Assembly (NCBI RefSeq): GCF_009914755.1
Contig: NC_060931.1
Origin: the human T2T-CHM13v2.0 reference genome, Homo sapiens
Length of the DNA stretch: 64,000 bases
Strand: one strand, 5' to 3'
The position numbers were made by a program, and so were the translations under genes. Positions 15,908 to 32,991 of the stretch are shown here, in pieces. A model generated the notes under the pieces. That model was not told the origin of the DNA, made no database searches, and saw only the letters and a list, made by a program, of their open reading frames with translations. Position 1 is the first letter of the stretch. Each line of letters starts with the position of its first letter.

Positions 15908-18050
15908 AGCTATTGTAATTGTTTTAGAGCTCCACTACTGAGCCCATATAAAACAGCAAATGTAATTGATACATGTGTATGTTCTGACAGTTCCACCAGC
16001 TGGCTCTATCTCCCATCTCTCTCACTCTCCTCGGTTCTCCCTATTCCCTGAGATGTGATAATATTAAAATTAGGCCAATTAATAACCTTACAATGGCCTC
16101 TAACTGTCCAGGTGAAAAGAAGAGTCACATGTCTCTCACTTTAAATCAAAAGGTGGAAATTACTAAGCTTAGTGAGGAAGGCATGTCAAAAGCCATGATA
16201 GGCTTAAAGCTAGACATTTTGCATGAAACAGTTAGCCAAGTTGTGAATGCAAAGGAAAAGTTCTTGAAGAAAATTAAAAGTTCGACTTCAGTGAACCAAC
16301 AAACAATAAGAAAATGAAACAGCCTCATTGCTATTTTAGTGGTCTGGATAGAAGACAAAGCCAGCCACAAGATTCTCCTATCCAGAGCAAAGCCACAACT
16401 CTCTTCAAGTCTACGAAAGCTGAGAGAAATGAGGAATCTGCAGAAAATAAGTTTGAAGCTAGCAGAGGTTGGTTCTTGAGGTTTAAGAGAAGAAACTATC
16501 TTCCTAACATAAAAGTGCAACAGGAAGCAACAAGTGGTGATGTAGACAGTGCAGCAAGATATCCGGAAGATCTGGCTAAGATAAATGATAAATTGGATAC
16601 ACCAAACAGCAGATTTTTACGGCAGATAAAATGGCCTTCTATTGGAAAAAAATACCACCTAAGATTTTCACAGCTAGACAGGAGAAATCAATGCCTGGCT
16701 TCAAAGCTTCAAAAGACAGGTTGACTCTCTTGTTAGGGGTGAATTCAGCTGGTGCTTTGAGTTGAGTTGAAGTTCATTCTCATTGACCATTTGGAAAATA
16801 TTAGAGCCCTTAAAAATTATGCTAAATCTCCTCTGCTTGTGCTCTATACATGGAAAACAAAGTTTGCATAACAGCACATCTCTTAACAGCATGATTTACT
16901 GATATTTTAAGCCCACTGTTGAGACCTACTGTTTAGAGAAAAGATTCCTTTCCAAGTATTACTATTTATTGATTATGCAGCTAGTCACCCAAGAGCTCTG
17001 ATAGAGATGTATAAGATTAATGTTTTTATGCCTGTTAGCATAACATGTATCATGTAGCCTATGCATCAAGGAGTAATTCTGACTTTCAAGTCTTATTATG
17101 TTAGAAATAAATTTTCTAAACATATATAGCTTAGTAGGCAATGATTCCTGTGATGGATCTGGGCAAAATAAACTGAAAATCTTCTAGAAACAATTATTTC
17201 TATATGCCACTAAGAACATTTTTGATTTATGGGAGGATGTCAAAATATCAACATTAACAAGAATTTGAAGAAGTTGATTCCAACCTTCATGGTTTACTTT
17301 GAGAGGTTCAATACTTCAGTAAAGGAAGTTACTACAGATGTGGTGGAAATGGCAAGAGAACTAGAAGTGGACCCTGAATATGTGACTGAATTGCTGCAAT
17401 CTTATGATCAAATTTAAAAAGATGAGGAGTTGCTTCTTATGCATGAGAAAACAAGGTGGTTTCTTTAGATGGAATTTACTCCTGGTGAAGATGCTGTGAA
17501 CAGTGTTCGTATGACAAAAAAAAAAAAATTAGAATTTAGAATATTACCTAAACTTAGTTGATAAAGCAGTAGCAAGGTTTGAGAGGATTGACTCCAATTT
17601 TGAAAGAACTTTTACTATGGGTAAAATGCTATCAAACAGCACTGCATGCTACAGGGAATCTTTTTTAAAAGAAATAATCAATTAAACTTCAGTGGCAAAC
17701 TTCATTGTTATTTATTATTTTAAAAAATTTCCAGAGTCATCCCAACCTTTAGCAACCATCACCTTGATCAGTCAGCAGCCATCATCACTGAGGAAAACCC
17801 TCTACCAGCTAAAAGATTATGACTCACAGAAAGATTACGTGATTAGAATTTTTAGCAATAAAGTATTTTTAATTAAAGTACGTACACTGTCTGTTAGATA
17901 TAATGCTATTTTTTCTTAATAGACTACAAGATGGTGTAAACATAACATATACACTGGGAAACCAAAACAGGTGTGTGACTCAATTTATTGTGATATTCAC
18001 TTTATTGTGGTGGTCTGGAATCAAATCTGCTATATCTCTGAGATATGCCT
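15908..18050 (+). mobile_element. Tigger1 DNA transposon (TcMar-Tigger), 5'-truncated
   Basis: Tigger1-like sequence ending in the 3' TIR ggtctggaatcaaatctgctatatctctgagatatgcct. Confidence 0.92.
16093..17700 (+). pseudogene. Disrupted Tigger1 transposase (pogo/CENP-B/TIGD1-like)
   Basis: ORF pieces MASNCPGEKKSHMSLTLNQKVEITKLSEEGMSKA and [15 protein letters not shown] separated by stops and frameshifts. Confidence 0.88.
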
Positions 18051-19031
18051 AATTTGTAGTCATTTGCATCTTTTTTTAACCTAATATTCTCCCTGTTAGA
18101 TTCACTATGTTGTTGCATGCAACATTTTTTTTTACAGCTGAGTAACATCACACTGTATGAATATGCCACATATATTTAACTTGCATCTGATCATTTTTGA
18201 TTGACTTTTATATTGCTTATAAAATTTCAAAGTAATTTCGAGGCTGATATGATGTTAGCTTCTTGCAAATAGGATTTACATGTGCTTTAAATGGTATCTG
18301 GTGGCAAATTACTTTAACCTAAATAAGTTTTAAGATGCTTTTAAACGAGGATTTCAGGACCAGTGTATTTCTAATTAACTCTTATTTCCTGGTTGTAGCT
18401 CTTTTGGGAAACCAAGCTAAAGTATTGGTGATGAGCCAGACACCCCCATTCTCAGCAGATGGGGAGCACCATTTTTTATTTACTAATCCCTGTAGTTCGC
18501 CAAAAGATCTGCTCTGCTCTTAATTCCTCCACTTCCTTTTCTGTACCTCAAGAGTACATTTAGGATCAAATGCATTTCGTCTGTTTTTCAAGGGGACAAG
18601 CAGGATTTTGAAGGAAGCAATTCCTTATATGTGTACTTTTAAAATACAGAGAAGCTATTTTATTTTATGTTGTCATACCTTTTAATAGTTGCTTCTTCTT
18701 TTACATATCTTTACTATTTCTTCTAAACAGTAGGCACTTATTCAAGTTTGAAATAAATGAAATATTGGTGTACACTAAGATTGGCATTTTATACATTTTA
18801 TTCTGTATAAACTTGCAGACTTTTCATTTTGTCATCATTTTTTCATTAATGTTTGCCAAAAGAATTTTTTTTCTGTAGTATTTCTACATCTTATAAAATT
18901 TTAACAATAGCACTTTATGTAGAAGACGTCTACTCACCTCACTGTAGGCTCTTTTAAACCACTTTCATTGGCTATCTTTCTTAACCAAGAAGAGTATATT
19001 ATGAAATTCAGTTTCATACCAAAAAATGAAT

Positions 19032-19303
19032 AAAATAGCTTTGGTGAGAGAGAGAGATAAAATGAAAAGCAAGAGGGACTGAAGGGAGGCTTTGAATGTG
19101 ATAGAGTAAAACAATTGCCAGGAAGAGACTGTGGGTAGAAAAGTGATACCTACTGATGTTTCTTTAATAACTCAATCGTCAATAGGTATCACTTTTCTGC
19201 CCACAGTCTCTACCTGGCAATTGTGTTACTCTATCACATTCAAAGCCTCCCTTCAGTCCCTCTTGCTTTTCATTTTATCTCTCTCTCTCACCAAAGCTAT
19301 TTT
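19032..19303. repeat. Long inverted repeat: 127-bp arms (19032-19158, 19177-19303), 18-nt spacer, 5 mismatches
   Basis: Direct base-by-base comparison; the outer 78 bp are perfectly complementary. Confidence 0.97.
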
Positions 19304-19321
19304 CTTTAGTAACTCAGTCGT

Positions 19322-20325
19322 GCCTTGGGGGTGGAGCCAAGATGGCCGAATAGGAACACCTCCAGTCTACAGCTCCCAGCGTGAGCAACACAGAAGATGG
19401 GTGATTTCTGCATTTCCAACTGAGGTACCGGCTTCATCTCACTAGTGGGTGCAGTGAACCAAGCCTGAGCTGAAGCAGGGTGAGGCATCGCCTCACCCAG
19501 GAAGCGCAAGGGGTCAGGGAATTCCCTTTCCTAGTCAAAGAAAGGGTGACAGATGGCACCTGGAGAATCAGGTCACTCCCACCCTAATACTGCATTTCTC
19601 CAACTGTCTTAGCAAACGGCACACCAGGAGATTATATCCCGCGCATGGCTCGGAGGGTTCTATGCCCACGGAGCCTCGCTCATTGCTAGCACAGCAGTCT
19701 GAGATCAAACAGCAAGGCTGCAGCGAGGCTGGGGGAGGGGCGCCCACCATTGCTGAGGCTTGAGTAGGTAAACAAAGCGGCCTGGAAGCTCAAACTGGGT
19801 GAAGCCCACCGCAGCTCAAGGAGGCCTGCCTGCCTCTGTAAACTCCACCTCTGGGGGAAGGGCATAGCCAAACAAAAGGCAGCAGAAAACTCTGCAGACT
19901 TAAATATCCCTGTCTGACAGCTATGAAGAGAGTAGTGGTTCTCCAAGCACGCAGCTGGAGATCTGAGAATGGACAGAATGCCTCTTCAAGTGGGTCCCTG
20001 ACCCCTGAGTAGCCTAACTGGGAGGCACCCCCCAGTAGGGGCAGACTGACACCTCACATGGCAGGGTACTCTTCTGAGACAAAACTTCCGGAGGAATGAT
20101 CAGGCAGCAAAATTTGCTGTTCACCAATATCTGCTGTTCTTCAGCCTCTGCTGCTGATACCCAGGCAAACAGGGTCTGGAGTGGACCTCCAGCAAACTCC
20201 AACAGACCTGCAGCTGAGGGTCCTGACTGTTAGAAGGAAAACTAACAAACAGAAAGGACATTCATACCAAAACCCCATCTGTACATCACCATCATCAAAG
20301 ACCAAAGGCAGATAAAACCACAAAG
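19322..20325 (+). promoter_or_regulatory. L1 5' UTR: sense promoter with YY1 site, antisense promoter region, and retained ~129-bp ZNF93-target segment (~20069-20197)
   Basis: caagatggc YY1 motif near 19338; the segment between gggta and tccaacagacc that is deleted in the youngest L1PA subfamilies is present. Activity cannot be read from sequence. Confidence 0.8.
19568..19750 (-). pseudogene. ORF0: L1 antisense ORF0, 60 aa, truncated by a premature stop
   Basis: MVGAPPPASLQPCCLISDCCASNERGSVG...IRVGVT matches primate L1 ORF0 (MAGAPPPASLPPCSLISDCCASN...); the stop falls at a CGA>TGA position. Confidence 0.88.
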
Positions 20326-21342
20326 ATGGTGAAAAAGCAGAGCAGAAAAACTGGAAACTCTAAAAATCAGAGCACCTCTCCTCCTCCAAAGGAACACAGC
20401 TCCTCACCAGCAACGGAACAAAGCTGGATGGAGAATGACTTTGACGAGTTGAGAGAAGAAGGCTTCAGACAATCAAACTACTCCGAGCTAAAGGAGAAAG
20501 TTCGAACCCATGGCAAAGAAGTTAAAACCCTTGAAAAAAAATTAGATGAATGACTAACTAGAATAACCAATGCCAAGAAATCCTTAAAGGACCTGGTGGA
20601 GTTGAAAACCCTGGTACGAGAACTATGTGACGAATGCACAAGCCTCAGAAGCCGATTCGATCAACTGGAAGAAAGGGTATCAGTGATGGAAGATCGAATG
20701 AATGAAACGAAGCAAAAAGAGAAGTTTAGAGAAAAAAGAATAAAAAGAAATGAACAAAAGCCTCCAAGAAATATGGGACTATGTGAAAAGAACAAATTGC
20801 GTCTGATTGGTGTACCTGAAAGTGACGGGGAGAATGGAACCAAGTTGGAAAACACTCTGCAGGATATTATGCAGGAGAACTACCCCAATCTAGCAAGGCA
20901 GGCCAATATTCAAATTCGGGAAATACAGAGAACACCACAAAGATACTCCTCGAGAAGAGGAACCCCAAGACACATAATTGTCAGATTCACCAAAGTTGAA
21001 ATGAAGGAAAAAATGTTACGGGCAGCCAGAGAGAAAGGTCGGGTTACCCACAAAGGGAAGCCCATCAGACTAACAGCTGATCTCTCAGCAGAAACTCTGC
21101 AAGCCAGAAGAGAGTGGGGGCCAATATTCAACATTCTTAAAGAAAAGAATTTACAACCCAGAATTTCATATCGAGCCAAACTAAGCTTCATAAGTGAAGG
21201 AGAAATAAAGTACTTTACAGACAAGCAAATGCTGAGAGATTTTGTCACAACCAGCCCTGCCCTAAAAGAGCTCCTGAAGGAAGCACTAAACATGGAAAGG
21301 AACAACCAGTACCAGCCACTGCAAAAACATGCCAAATTGTAA
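20326..21342 (+). pseudogene. L1 ORF1p, nonsense stop at 20551-20553
   Basis: ORFs 20326-20553 and 20596-21342 together give ORF1p (MVKKQSRKTGNSK...RLIGVPESDGENG...YQPLQKHAKL). Confidence 0.95.
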
Positions 21343-21405
21343 AGACCATCAAGGCTAGGAAGAAACTGCATCAACTAATGAGCAAAATCACCAGCGAACA
21401 TCATA

Positions 21406-25341
<3,936 letters not shown>

Positions 25342-27086
25342 ACAATGAGAACACATGGACACAGGAAGGGGAACATCACACACAGGGTCTGTTGTGGGGT
25401 GGAGGGAAGGGGAGGGATAACAGTAGGAGATATACCTAATGTTAAATGACGAGTTAATGGGTGCAGCACACCAACATGGCACATTTATACATATGTAACA
25501 AACCTGCACGTTGTGCACATGTACCCTAAAACTTAAAGTATAATTTAAAAAATTTAAAAAAAAACTCAGTCGTAAAGAGAAGAATCGTTTACAAGTTTAA
25601 TTGAAAACAGACATATGACAGTAATTTCAGACCCCGAACAAATTAACCTCAAGTCGCAGATAGGTATATACAGAGATGTAGACATAGGTACAGATATTTC
25701 TCTATCAAATGCCTTACTAATTCATATATCAAAAACCAAGGAGATAGATTTCTTTTTCCAATTTTCTCCAGCTGGTTGTTTAAATATAATTAGTCTGATA
25801 CTCATAAACTACAGTCACAAATCAGTCTCATTGCATTAGTATAATTATATTGTATATAATTAGGGGTTTACATAAACATGCAATCAAATACATTTTTAAA
25901 ATTACAGCTGAAAACGGCTACTTTTGTTTATATGTGTAAAGTGTTAATAAAGTGTTTCTCCTCTTTTAGTCTCAGGTTCTTTTTTTAAAAAATCAGGGTA
26001 CTAGTAATATTTACCTCATATAGATACTGTGAGGGGTAGTATAAAATAGAGTATGTACAGTGCTCGATAATGTGGCAATCTCATTGTTACTGCTCATTAA
26101 TATTATTTGAATCTGAATCTAAAACTCATCAGTCTGGATGTCCAGACTATTTATATTTTTCTTCTTTTTCTATCAGATACCACTTAAAATAAAATGTGAA
26201 GCTATATCACATATATATGGAAATTTTTATTTTTTTATTTTTTAAATTGCAATGGTATTTTCAAGTCATAATTTTTTTGGTTATCTAAATAAAGAGAAAA
26301 GGAAGAAGATGTGGCAGCAAATGACAAATGATGCTGTAGAATTAATAAATGTTGCCCAAACAAGCTGTGCAAGGTGATCCATTCAAGGGAAAAATACTGA
26401 AAATTCTGTTTAAATTTTAAATAATATTTTGAGACTTTCATGTTGATGCAGCTTAAAGGAATCAGAACTCAAATATTAGAAACTCTCCCTCAAAGTCCAA
26501 ACAAATTTCTTGGAACTACCTCAAAATGTGATAAACAACAGGGCATCAGCACACCTGCTCCTACCATTCTTGTTTCTGAGTTTTCCCCAAGGAACAGTAC
26601 TACTTGGCCAATAGCCATCATTTGCAAAAAGGTTCAAGGCCTCAAACAGACATCAGAACAAGTAGATTCTGGAAGAAAAATATTCTGAAAATATAAGCAA
26701 ACAGTTAATGCAAAAAAAAATATTTAATAGATAACAGAGCATTTTTTGTGGTTTTTGGTTTGTTTCTGAAACAACAAATTAGCCTAAGTTTCCCAGTCCT
26801 TTGGCCTCCTGACTTAAAATATCCATGAAGGGATAGAAAAAAATAATTAAACTTATAGTATTATAACACTTGTCAAGATGATTTAACAGGATTATTTGGA
26901 AAAGCATCATTTACCTTTTAAATGAGTCATTTTTCTGTAACTCAAATGTTATATGATTTACTGAGTGTATTTAACCAATATAGACTTCACATGTCTTTCA
27001 TATAAAATAGAAAATTTACAAACAGCCAGTACTATATTTGAATACATTTTTTGTTTCCTTCAACCAAGAGTGGAACATTTAAAACC

Positions 27087-27175
27087 TTTTTTCAATTAAT
27101 CACTTTTTTATTTTTTCAATTAATTTTTATTTTTTCAATTAATCACTTTCTCATTCTATTTTTCAATTAATCACT
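27087..27175. repeat. Four dispersed copies of tttttcaattaat(cact)
   Basis: Seen directly in sequence. Confidence 0.85.
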
Positions 27176-27384
27176 CCTATCTACTGGTTTCTGGAAATCA
27201 CTTAAGGAAGGAAAAACTCTGAACTCATTTCCATTTATTCTTTTATTATAGTTTAGCTTCTAAAACATTTTATTCAATCTCTATTTTACAATATTCCTGA
27301 GAAGGACCTTATTGTCTTCAGCGAGCTTGTTTATTTAATTTTTTAAGAAATAAAATGCATTCTTATCACAATTTGAATATACAT

Positions 27385-28340
27385 TTTTTAATAAAAGAAT
27401 TTAGAGTACAAGAAGTTACAAAGACAGCACGGAAACGGTTCATGTAACCATAACCCAGCATCACTCATTGGTTATGTCTTAGTTATCTGTTGTATATAAT
27501 ACCTAATACCGAGCCCAGGAAATTCCATAAGATATATGTGCACTTCTATGTAATTTAATGACGTGTAGATCTATGTAACTACCACTGCAATCAAGACATA
27601 GAATGATTCCCTTACCTCAAAGATCTCCCTCATGCTACTCCTTTTTAGTCCTATCCACCTCCTTCCACCCACCTATTCAAACTCTTGCAATCACTAATAC
27701 ATTCAACATCGCTATATTTTTGCCACTAAAAGAGTGTTATATAAATAAAAACATACAGTATATGGCCTTTTGAAACTGTCTTTTCTTCACTCAGAATTAT
27801 GCCCTTGAGATCCATTCTAGACAAACCTTGTGTCACAGTGTGTTCCATTGTATTACTGAGTGATAGTTCATGGTATGCATGTACCACAGTTTGTTAACTA
27901 TTCACCTATTGTAGGATATTTTGGTTGTTTCAAGTTTAGAGCTATTACAAAAAAAAACCTCCTATTTTATACAAAAAAATGTATAAAATATTGTGTGTAG
28001 ACATAAGTTTTTATTTCTCTGGGATAGTTTCCCAGAGGTGTCATTGCTAGGTTCATATGTTAAACATATATTTAGTTTATTAAAAAACTGCTAACCAATT
28101 TCAAAATGGCTACATCATTTTAGATTTCCATAAGCAATGCATGGAAGATCCAGTTTCTCTACATCCTCACCATAATTTGGTATTTTTTTTCTCATTTTAG
28201 CTGATATAATAGACATATGATATGCACAGTTGTGATCTTAATTTGTATTTCCCTAATGGGTAGTTGTGTTGAATATTTTTTCATGCACTTAATTGCCATT
28301 CATGTATTATGTTTGGTGAAATGTCTTTTTCTGTCTTTGG
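27385..28340 (-). mobile_element. Ancient L1M 3' fragment
   Basis: Antisense L1 motifs (tatgtaactaccactgcaatcaagaca, gtaccacagtttgtt, tttctacatcctcacc). Confidence 0.75.
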
Positions 28341-28518
28341 CTATACTGTAACTTGTTTTGTTAAAAAAATAGGAAAATGAAGTTCTTAGAAGAGTTTTTA
28401 ATTGGCTTAGAAGAGCTACCCATTCATATATTATGTTTGGTGAAATGTCTTTTTCTGTCTTTTGCCTACATTGCAACTTGTTTGGCTAAAAAAATAGGAA
28501 AATGATATTCTTAGAAGA
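28296..28518 (+). repeat. ~98-bp direct duplication with a 26-bp spacer
   Basis: 28296-28393 vs 28420-28518, about 90% identical. Confidence 0.9.
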
Positions 28519-29149
28519 TCTATGATCTAATAGTGAGCAGTATATTCTTTTATGGCTATAAAAATATAATAGATTTATATAGACAAAATCAATATAATGA
28601 AATAGTACTCCAAAGGTGTTTAATAATGTCTTTTAATCTTTATGTCATAACGAATTTGGTTTATTAATTAACATAAATATATGACATCATATCTCCCTTC
28701 TTGATGGTTTATATCATTTAATTTAAAAAATATATGTATTTATTTAGTTCCTTTTCAATGAATATTTACATTTTCTTATAAATTGAAGCACTAGTTCTTT
28801 TTTCTATTTAGACATATTAGAATTCTTTGGACAAACAGCATAAATATATTACATGTTTATAATTTTTGTCTAATTGCCCTCATTTTTTAAAAAAGTGACA
28901 CTGATGTGCTGTTTCACTAACAACAAACACACATGTGGTAATGGGCATTGTTCTGTACTGTCAAGATGCTCACTCAGAATTAAGATAAACATTTCCTAGA
29001 TGCAGGAAATAATAACTGTTGATAGTTCACAGCCACCTATGACCATATAATCTAGAGGATTTTATAGTACTAGAGATATTAGAGGAAGGAAAAGATGCAA
29101 TACACAACTTACAGGCAATCTTATGGTTCGGGAACATGCCTTTTCTTTT

Positions 29150-30280
29150 GGCAGAGAACTATATAATACTCAAAAACCAGTTCCTACTAATCTGATTGGC
29201 CAAAATGAGAAGGCGTATCTGACCAGGTGACATCAAGTAAACATGCAGCCTGAGCTGTCATTCAAGAGCTTGGTGTCTGCAGACCTGTAAAGTCAAAAGG
29301 TCCTGACTTCTATGTCATTTGCTGATGCTATTCCAGTTCCTATACATCATCTCACATCAATGGGCCCATAAGATTGATACCCATGATAGCAATAACAACC
29401 TACTCATGAATCCAACAGCATGGGCTCCTATTCAACAAGACTGATCTAGTTGCTGTATTGATAAAAGTTAAACTTGTCAGGTAAAGAGCTGCCATAATGT
29501 GATACCATCCCTTGAGGGTGGCTATTGATTACATTATACCCGTTCTCTAGTAGCAGAAGCAGTGATTCTTCTTTACCAGAATCAACAAATATTCAGAGTA
29601 TGGGTTTGACATTCTTGCACCTCTATTCAAGGATATAAGGAGTATCTCATACAGTAAACCTGGTAAACTGCATAGATCAAATCTAAGGCACACACTTCAA
29701 AGTAAAGGAAGTGCAAGAGATAATAGGATACACTGGTGCTATCACATTTGTACTGCCAGAATCTACTGGCTTGATAGAGTGACAGAACTGCCTTTTGAAG
29801 ATACAGCTGAGACTTCAAGTTAGATATATTTCCTATGAATATGGTTAACTATCTAACAGAATGCAGTCTATACTTTAAGTCAACAACCATTATTCTACAT
29901 ATATGGTGCTTCCAATGGGTAAAATACATGGTTCTGTGAACCAAAGTTTGGAAGCAGACATGAGAAGTGCCCTGCTTATAGTCATTCACTGTGACTCACT
30001 TGAAGAGTTTGTGCTTTCTGCCCCTTGTTCCCAGAAGAAAACTGAAACAAAAACAAGAAACATTTCCACCAGAGTTTCTGTGTTATATTAAATTTAAATT
30101 TTTAACCTATGCCTCCTGCCTGACCACTTTGATCTGATGTCAAGATGAGAAGTCAAGTAAAGGAGTCATAATTTAGACAGGAGTAATTGACCCTGAACAT
30201 CAGGAGAAGACAGAACTTTTAGAAAATGTTGGGGCAGGGAGGAATATATTTTATATCCACCTGATCAGCCAGGACCTATG
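29150..30280 (+). mobile_element. ERVL-class internal remnant (integrase region)
   Basis: Degenerate matches to ERVL integrase motifs (attgattacatt = DYI; ttcagagtatgggtttg = SGYGF-like; ggcacacacttc = GTHF; ggcttgatagag = GLIE). Confidence 0.7.
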
Positions 30281-31669
30281 CTATCTCATATAATGTTCCT
30301 GGACAATTGTTATTATGGAGAAGGCTGAATACAATCTCATTGTACCTCTTTTAAATAAAGTACTTTTTTACTAGGATATTTATATCATCTTTCCTTTTTC
30401 TTCATGCTTAAAATATTCAAAATTTATTTTTTATTCAAAATTGTATTCATTATTATTCAAAATTTATTCATTATTTTTTAATGAAAGTGGGTGCTGACAG
30501 CCTGCTCTAGGAGTTGGCCTCCTAGGAGAACCCAACATCTAAAGTAATAATTAATAGAATAATGGAAACTGTGGATAAGTAATAACATATTAGTTTATAT
30601 ATTAACTTAAACAGGAGCAGCAGAATGAAGCACCGTAGAACATGCCAGCTCTTAATGTTTTACACGTAATCACATTTTTCCTCTTCTTGACATCATTTTT
30701 TTCTCTAGAACATATACCCTATGTATCTTCCTCCAAAGTAGAAATAATCAGACCACAGTTTCTCACTATGTGCACATGAATCATCAGATTCCAGGCAATG
30801 CCTGAGAGTCCTCATTTCTGAGAAGGTACCTAGAAATCTGGTCTGTGGATCACACTTTCAGTAGTAAAGACCAGACTTCATATGGAATGACACTGCTGGT
30901 TATTTCAGCTGCATATTTTTTTTCTAACTTTTCTAATTTGAGGCTCTACTTAACCTGGACAGTTGGGACTTGAATAAGTACCAGTGACTTTAAGTAAAAT
31001 CCATAATATATCTTGGATTCATTCTAAATTCTCAGCTCTCCACAGATTATGATTAAAACAATAAAGATACTCCTAATAGTTTTATTGAATTTTTATCCAG
31101 AAATATGCCGCCTCTTTTTCTTTATTTAAACACCCTCTCCTCAGTATCAATTTTACCTGATTAAGTTATCAAGAATTTATACATGTAAGTTTCTTATACC
31201 TTTTTTCTTCCTAAATAATAAATGGTCACTTTTATCAATACTTTTATCAACACTTCTTTCTTAGCATTGTGTCTTTGGATGAGCATATTGTGTTATCCTT
31301 TCAACTATAATATAATCATCTTATTTTGTATCTCTCCATTGTTTTTCCATTATCATGCTCTGCAAGTCCTTACATTAACTATATATTGTTTCATTTTTTC
31401 CCTCCATATTCCATATCTGAATATTTATTCCTACATACTTTCCCCTTCCTTTGATCCTCCATTCATTTATTTTCCTCTATTCTGTGGATTACATCTGCAG
31501 GCTCTATGTGACATCTCCAATTATTTGATATGAAGTCCACTCTTTCTGATTTCTGGATTTATTTTTTAAGTCTCAGGTTCCATCCTAAGCAACATGGTTC
31601 TTCTTTTCTTCTACCTCACTGTTTGATTTCTTATGTCATACACCATCATAACCCACATATTCACACAGA

Positions 31670-32360
31670 TATTCAAGACACAGAACCTTTCCATCACCAC
31701 AAAGATCTCGTGTGTTGTCTTATTATAGTCTCTCTCCCTCCCTCTCTTTCTCTCTCTTACACACACACGCACACACACCCACACACTTCCCTCTCATCCT
31801 CAGTGCTTCATAGTCCCTAGCAACCACTAACATGCCTTCTATTTCTACAATTTTGTCATTTTTTAATGTTACGTAAGTGAAATCATACTACATGCAACCT
31901 TTTGGGACTGACTTTTTTTCCCCCTTGGTATAATTCTCTGGATATTTATCCATTGTTTCATGTGTCAATAGTTTGCTCCTTTTTTATTAATTAATAGTAT
32001 CTCATGGTATGGATGTACCACAGTGTATTTTACCATTCAACTGTTGAAAAACATGTAGACATTTGGAAACTAGACTGTTTCTCTTTTGGGATTATCACAA
32101 ATAAAGTAGCTGGAAGTATTTGTGCACATGTTTTTGTATGACAATAAGTTTTTTATTTCTCTGGGATAAATGCCAAGGAGTGCAATCATTATTTCATCTG
32201 GTAGTTGTATGTTTAGTTTTTTAAGAACCAGCTGACTGTTTCCTAGAGTGGCTATACCATTATACATTCCCACCAACAATATATGAGATCCAATTTTTCC
32301 ACATCCTCGCCAGAATTTGGTGTGATTTACTTTTTAATTTTAGCCATTTCTATGTAATAT
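31670..32360 (-). mobile_element. Ancient L1M 3' fragment
   Basis: Antisense L1 motifs (ccctagcaaccactaa, atggtatggatgtaccacag, tacattcccaccaacaat). Confidence 0.75.
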
Positions 32361-32517
32361 CTCATTTACTCACACATTATTTAGATGTGTATTAGTTTTC
32401 AAATGTTGAAAAATTTGCCTATCTTTTTGAACTGATTTCTAATGTGACTTAAGAGCATACTATGGATATTTATCTGAGAGCATGCTATGGATGATTTCAA
32501 TTATTTTTACATTTTTT

Positions 32518-32814
<297 letters not shown>

Positions 32815-32991
32815 TTATTGAAGATATGATCTACATTATTAAATATTGTGTGGGTACTCGAAAAGAACGTGTTGCTGCTGTTGTTAGATGAAGTGTCCTA
32901 TAAATGTGATTTAGATCCTGTTGGTTGATAGTGCTGTTGATTTCTATATCCTTGCTCACTCGAGGATTATATCCTCTATATCCTCACGATT

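Noticed and set aside
16093-17700. Domesticated TIGD-like gene
   Set aside because: The transposase frame is broken repeatedly; ordinary Tigger1 fossil
27087-27175. CRISPR-like repeat-spacer pattern
   Set aside because: Short low-complexity units with irregular tiny spacers, primate DNA, no cas genes
31222-31820. Two ~100-aa hydrophobic ORFs
   Set aside because: Low-complexity T/C-rich sequence and antisense L1; no recognisable homology
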